From positions 36,307 through 100,306 of the forward strand of contig CAZNUW010000008.1 in NCBI GenBank assembly GCA_964576515.1: a DNA stretch of 64,000 nt, in the 5' to 3' direction. Position 1 is the first letter of the stretch. Every line of letters begins with the position of its first letter. The notes under the pieces are model-generated. The model searched no databases and was not told the DNA's origin. It saw only the letters and a list, made by a program, of their open reading frames with translations. Of the stretch, positions 60,355-64,000 are shown one piece after another. The position numbers and the translations under genes are program-made. Origin of the DNA: an uncultured Rhodobacterales bacterium (GTDB taxonomy: Bacteria; Pseudomonadota; Alphaproteobacteria; Rhodospirillales; Rhodospirillaceae).

Positions 60355-61623
60355 CTAGAACCCCGCCTCCTGACGCTGGCGGCGTTGACGCCAATCCGGC
60401 TCCTTGAACACATCTTCGAACATTGTCTTCGGGCTGGCGGTTTTACCTTGCCCGAGCGTGCCGGCGGCTTCGGCTTCCTTCTGGATCGCGCGCACTTCGG
60501 CGATCAGCTCTTCTTCCATCGCCGCATGTTCCTTTTCGCTCCAGACGCCGCGCGCGATCAGGTGCTTCATGAGGCGGTCGATGGGATCGCCCAGCGGCCA
60601 CTTCTTGCCTTCTTCCGTCGAACGGTAGCGCGAAGGATCGTCGCTGGTGGAGTGACCTTCCGCCCGGTAGGTGAACAGTTCGATCACCGTGGCGCCCAGG
60701 TTTGCGCGGGCGCGTTCGGCGGCCCATTGCGTCGCGGCATAGACGGCGAGGAAGTCGTTTCCGTCCACGCGCAGCGCCGGCAGGCCGTAGCCGATCCCGC
60801 GCGCCGCGAACGGCGCTTCTTCGCCCCCGGCAATGCCCTGGAACGACGAGATCGCCCACTGATTGTTGACGATATTGAGGATGACCGGCGCATGATAAAC
60901 CGCAGCCAGGGTCAGGGCGTAGTGAAAGTCCCCTTCCGCGGTGGAGCCGTCGCCGACCCACGTCGCGGCGATGCGTGTATCGCCGGACATCGCCGAGGCC
61001 ATGGACCAGCCCACGGCCTGCGGATACTGCGTCGTCAGGTTGCCGGAGATGGTGAAGATGCTGTGCTCGCGCGCCGAATACATGATCGGCATCTGGCGGC
61101 CCTTCAGCGGATCAAGCGTGTTTGAATACACCTGTCCCATCATCGTCAGCAGCGGATAACCGCGCGCGATGTAGATGCCCTGCTGGCGATAAGCGGTAAA
61201 ACACATGTCGTCGGGTTCCAGCGCCAGCGTCGCGGCGATGCTGATCGCTTCCTCGCCCGTACACTTGATATAGAACGACGTCTTGCCCTGCCGTTGCGCG
61301 CGGTACATGCGATCGTCGTAAACACGCGTCAAGACCATCAGGCGCAAGCCCTTCTTCAGGGTCTCGACCGAAATCTCAGGAACCCACGGGCCGATCGGCT
61401 GATGCTTATCGTTCAACACGCGGATGAGGGCGTAGGCGAGATCGCGCATGGCCTCCGGTTTGGTATCGACGGCGGGGCGCCGCACCTCGCCGGGCGCCGA
61501 CAGGGCCAGCTTGCTGTAGTCGGGATCCTGCCCCGGACGGGCCGGCGGCGTCGGAAACTTCAGCTCCAGCGCGCTGTTGTGGCGCGCCGGGACGGTGTCG
61601 GGTTTAGCGACGGATTTGGGCAT
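60355..61623 (-). CDS. bkdA1: 2-oxoisovalerate dehydrogenase E1 alpha subunit (TPP-dependent)
   Basis: GDG...EGDFHY.L..A....APVI....NN.WAIS TPP motif and YR...HSTSDDP. Confidence 0.9.
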   Translation of the reverse strand: MPKSVAKPDTVPARHNSALELKFPTPPARPGQDPDYSKLALSAPGEVRRPAVDTKPEAMRDLAYALIRVLNDKHQPIGPWVPEISVETLKKGLRLMVLTRVYDDRMYRAQRQGKTSFYIKCTGEEAISIAATLALEPDDMCFTAYRQQGIYIARGYPLLTMMGQVYSNTLDPLKGRQMPIMYSAREHSIFTISGNLTTQYPQAVGWSMASAMSGDTRIAATWVGDGSTAEGDFHYALTLAAVYHAPVILNIVNNQWAISSFQGIAGGEEAPFAARGIGYGLPALRVDGNDFLAVYAATQWAAERARANLGATVIELFTYRAEGHSTSDDPSRYRSTEEGKKWPLGDPIDRLMKHLIARGVWSEKEHAAMEEELIAEVRAIQKEAEAAGTLGQGKTASPKTMFEDVFKEPDWRQRRQRQEAGF

Positions 61624-61957
61624 TCTGTCTCACTGAGAAATGGCCGCGACCCTGCGCGTCAGAACGGACTGCAAAGCCGGAGCATTTGAGGTGAACTTCG
61701 TAAAGTCTAATGGCCGGAGGGCGGTTTTTTTTACCAAACGACCTTTCCGGGAGCACTCGTCATTGCATGAATTTTGCGCTCGGTTGGCAAATTAAGCAAG
61801 GTGTTGGCGCGTGCAGTGCAACATGCGCATAATTGCGCGTGGCAACCATTTCATTAGGTAAGGAGCCCTGCCCTAACTTGGAAGGCGTCGCATTGCCACA
61901 CCGGAGGTATGATCGCGCGGGCATTTCTTGCGTCGACACAGTCACCGGGAGGGACTT

Positions 61958-62536
61958 ATGGAAGCCACGTTCACGACCTTGGTCGATCAATTCATCAGCG
62001 GGAGATTGAGCCGCCGCGACCTGATCCAGAGCCTCGCCGCGGCGAGCATCGTCGGCGGACCGGCCGCCACCGCGCAGGCTGCGGCAAAGCGCGACATCAA
62101 AGCCATCGCGGTGAATCACATTTCGTATCAGGTGAAGGACTATGCCAAGGCGCGCGATTTTTACGCACAGCATTTCGGGATGAGCGTCAGCCATGACAAC
62201 GGACGTCAGGCTTTCATGACCTTCGGCGACACCTTCTTGATCCTGCGCCAGACGCCGGACCGGCAGACCCCGCTTGTCGACCACATCGCCTATACCATCG
62301 ACGGCTACGGCGCCGACCTTGCCAATTTCAAGGCCGACAACGAAGGCATGGGCGCGGAATTGAGGAACCGTGGACTCAATCCTGAAGTGGATACGGAACT
62401 GTCTTGGACGGTGAAAGACCCGGAAGGGTACACCGCGCAGGTGGCGCCCGCTTTGATGAAGCCGGGAAATCCGACGTTTGAACGGGTGATGTCCGCGCAA
62501 GGCCGCCCACAAAACGCCAAATCAACCGCGAAGTGA
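61958..62536 (+). CDS. Tat-exported VOC (glyoxalase/bleomycin-resistance/dioxygenase) family protein
   Basis: Twin-arginine SRRDLIQSLAAASIVGG..A.A, then VNHISYQV.DY.KARDFY...FGM. GGGAGGG RBS before 61958. Confidence 0.75.
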   Translation: MEATFTTLVDQFISGRLSRRDLIQSLAAASIVGGPAATAQAAAKRDIKAIAVNHISYQVKDYAKARDFYAQHFGMSVSHDNGRQAFMTFGDTFLILRQTPDRQTPLVDHIAYTIDGYGADLANFKADNEGMGAELRNRGLNPEVDTELSWTVKDPEGYTAQVAPALMKPGNPTFERVMSAQGRPQNAKSTAK

Positions 62537-62604
62537 ACCTGCCGGTTCGATAAAACAAGAACGGCGGGGACAGTCCCCGCCGTTCGCGCCTTGAATGGGG
62601 CGCC

Positions 62605-63735
62605 TTACTGGGCCGGCGTCGCGGCCGGCGCCGGATTTCCAATCACGGCCGCCGTCTCACGCGGCGGGTGATTCACATAGACCTGGGTATACTTGACATT
62701 GAGAGCCCCGGAAATGCCGCGCATTTGGCCCGTTTTGGGATCCGGGTAGCCGTCCGCCAGACGGTTCAAAGCCCGATAGAGCGACGGCGCCGAGAGCTGG
62801 CCGTAGCTCTGATGGTGGGTCGACCACGACGTGTTGAGATGGTGATTGAACCACTCCACGTCGATATAACCCGCGATCATACCCTCCGCGCCGTTCTCAG
62901 TCAGGCGCAGTTGATACTGCGCGCCGCGAATATAATGGAAGTCGTTGGTATCGAACGCCTGTCCGCTCGGGAAACGATAGTCCGCCGCGTCGGTGATCAA
63001 TACGCCGTCGACGATCTTGCCCTTCCAGTGTGAGATGAACGTCCTGCCAAAACGCATGTCGGGGCGTTGCGTCCCGCCTGAGATGAACGACTCACCGGTG
63101 GCCGACGTCAGGAGCGGATCGAGGCCGCGGTAGGAGGTCACCTCCACCTCGGGATCGTTCACAAGACTGTCGACACCGGACAGCTCGATCATCATGCGGT
63201 TGTAGTTGTAGCGCCGCATGTACTCCTGTTCGAAGTGATAGATGGTTCCTTCCGGCGCACGGTAGTTGGCGATACAGCCGATCGCCCGGTAGAGCTGATT
63301 GTCGATCCCCTTCACGCCATCGGGGTTGGTGAAGTCCTCCGGCCCGGTTTTGCCGTCGAGGTCGAGACCATAGGAGACTTTTCCGCCGGCATCCTTGAAC
63401 GTGAAAGCTTCCTCGGTGGTGTCCGGAAACCACTGACGCGCCTCGCGCATGATCTGCGTTTCGACCAACGTGCGCTTTGTGCCGTCGTTCGGGAAGAGTT
63501 GCTTGAACTGTTCGCGCGGTCCGTCGTTATAACCAACCGGACACTCCACCTTGCCTTCGGGTGATTGATGAACAGCCCATGCGCGATGGGTCATCACATA
63601 GGCGATGCGGCCGTCGACGACGCTCTGACGCTTCACACCTTCATAGACCTTGCCGTCATCCGGCGCGGAAAAGGCCTGGCCGCACAACGCCACCACCGAC
63701 AGCGCCCCAAGAGCGCACGAATTCATCAGCTTCAT
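62605..63735 (-). CDS. secreted protein of unknown function
   Basis: 376 aa with signal peptide MKLMNSCALGALSVVALCGQAFSA and a GGGGAGGGA RBS. No motif recognised. Confidence 0.6.
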   Translation of the reverse strand: MKLMNSCALGALSVVALCGQAFSAPDDGKVYEGVKRQSVVDGRIAYVMTHRAWAVHQSPEGKVECPVGYNDGPREQFKQLFPNDGTKRTLVETQIMREARQWFPDTTEEAFTFKDAGGKVSYGLDLDGKTGPEDFTNPDGVKGIDNQLYRAIGCIANYRAPEGTIYHFEQEYMRRYNYNRMMIELSGVDSLVNDPEVEVTSYRGLDPLLTSATGESFISGGTQRPDMRFGRTFISHWKGKIVDGVLITDAADYRFPSGQAFDTNDFHYIRGAQYQLRLTENGAEGMIAGYIDVEWFNHHLNTSWSTHHQSYGQLSAPSLYRALNRLADGYPDPKTGQMRGISGALNVKYTQVYVNHPPRETAAVIGNPAPAATPAQ

Positions 63736-63750
63736 TGTCCCTCCCCGAAC

Positions 63751-63776
63751 AAAAAAACGGCCGGTTGAACCGGCCG
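63751..63776 (-). terminator. intrinsic terminator after the partial upstream gene
   Basis: CGGCCGG-ttgaa-CCGGCCG, followed on the minus strand by TTTTTTT. Confidence 0.7.
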
Positions 63777-63785
63777 CTTTGCTGT

Positions 63786-64000
63786 TTAACCCGCGTTTGA
63801 AAGGAAGTCGTCGCGGGTCCAAAATGCCTTCCAGCCGTTGCGGTACCCGTTGAACTCGCCCCAGGCGTCGCCGTTGGCGTCGCCCGGCTTCTTATCTCCG
63901 CCGTGGGTGTAAATCGGGCGGTCGCGGAACGTCCACACATGCAGAGCGCCCGGCGCGTCGGGCTTCGCAACGCGGCCTGTCTGCGGGTCGATCCAGCTTG
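63786..64000 (-). CDS. partial CDS (3' end only): lipoprotein with Yx(FWY)xxD-type repeat (COG4315-like)
   Basis: Hand translation of the minus strand gives ...WIDPQTGRVAKPDAPGALHVWTFRDRPIYTHGGDKKPGDANGDAWGEFNGYRNGWKAFWTRDDFLSNAG*. The 5' end lies beyond the window. Confidence 0.55.
   Translation of the reverse strand, partial: SWIDPQTGRVAKPDAPGALHVWTFRDRPIYTHGGDKKPGDANGDAWGEFNGYRNGWKAFWTRDDFLSNAG

Noticed and set aside
56142-61623. Lrp-type regulator placed at the 3' end of the bkd operon rather than divergently upstream, considered as an anomaly
   Set aside because: It is only a positional variation of a well-known regulator and operon pair. It is separated by 32 nt from lpd and is probably an ordinary arrangement in this lineage.
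61760-62512. 250-aa minus-strand ORF opposite the VOC-family gene
   Set aside because: It is antisense to a gene with a Tat signal and a VOC motif, and has no motifs of its own.

Overview
GC-rich chromosomal segment, about 70 genes. It is assignable to the Alphaproteobacteria because it carries the PhyR/NepR/EcfG general stress response (GSR) module. No rRNA, tRNA, CRISPR array, IS element or prophage was recognised.

Gene content, left to right:
- Housekeeping and metabolism: PurM-like, msrA, YciI, PRC-barrel protein, LysR regulator, purN, ndk, esterase, an EF-G paralog.
- A sigma-54-driven porin-amtB-glnK unit.
- An amidase, GTP-PEPCK and cytochrome c.
- A roughly 10 kb GSR island (about 18.9-29.2 kb). 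It holds an EncFtn-like ferritin, DUF883/holin-like genes, DUF3309, sodB, DUF1328, entericidin, phyR, a Gln-rich mini-protein, ecfG, nepR, csbD, several small hydrophilic or membrane proteins, an SH3 protein and a single-domain response regulator.
- A decayed PHP-phosphoesterase gene.
- Four tandem exported amidase-signature paralogs (30.2-36.7 kb).
- An iron cluster on one strand: TonB-dependent receptor with a Fur-type box, then fbpC, fbpA, fbpB.
- An XRE regulator.
- A TonB-dependent receptor / YfiR(DUF4154) pair divergent from a hybrid histidine kinase.
- ldt and a DUF882 peptidase, a nitroreductase, another outer-membrane barrel, an MBL hydrolase.
- A branched-chain keto-acid dehydrogenase operon with an Lrp regulator.
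- A Tat-exported VOC protein and two secreted proteins of unknown function.

Most interesting by eye:
1. Many GGAAC-N16/17-CGTT (EcfG-type) promoter motifs, each placed correctly upstream of a small stress gene.
2. One of these drives a 69-aa protein that is 52% glutamine.
3. Another drives no ORF, only a roughly 100-nt hairpin/terminator unit with a U4C6 loop (a GsrN-like sRNA candidate).
4. The exported amidase quartet has a mosaic similarity pattern suggesting gene conversion.
5. The EF-G paralog lacks the catalytic histidine.
6. The encapsulated-ferritin homolog has no encapsulin partner.
7. A TBDR-YfiR module is paired with a kinase rather than a diguanylate cyclase.

All family calls come from reading the translated ORFs and motifs. 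No database search was run.
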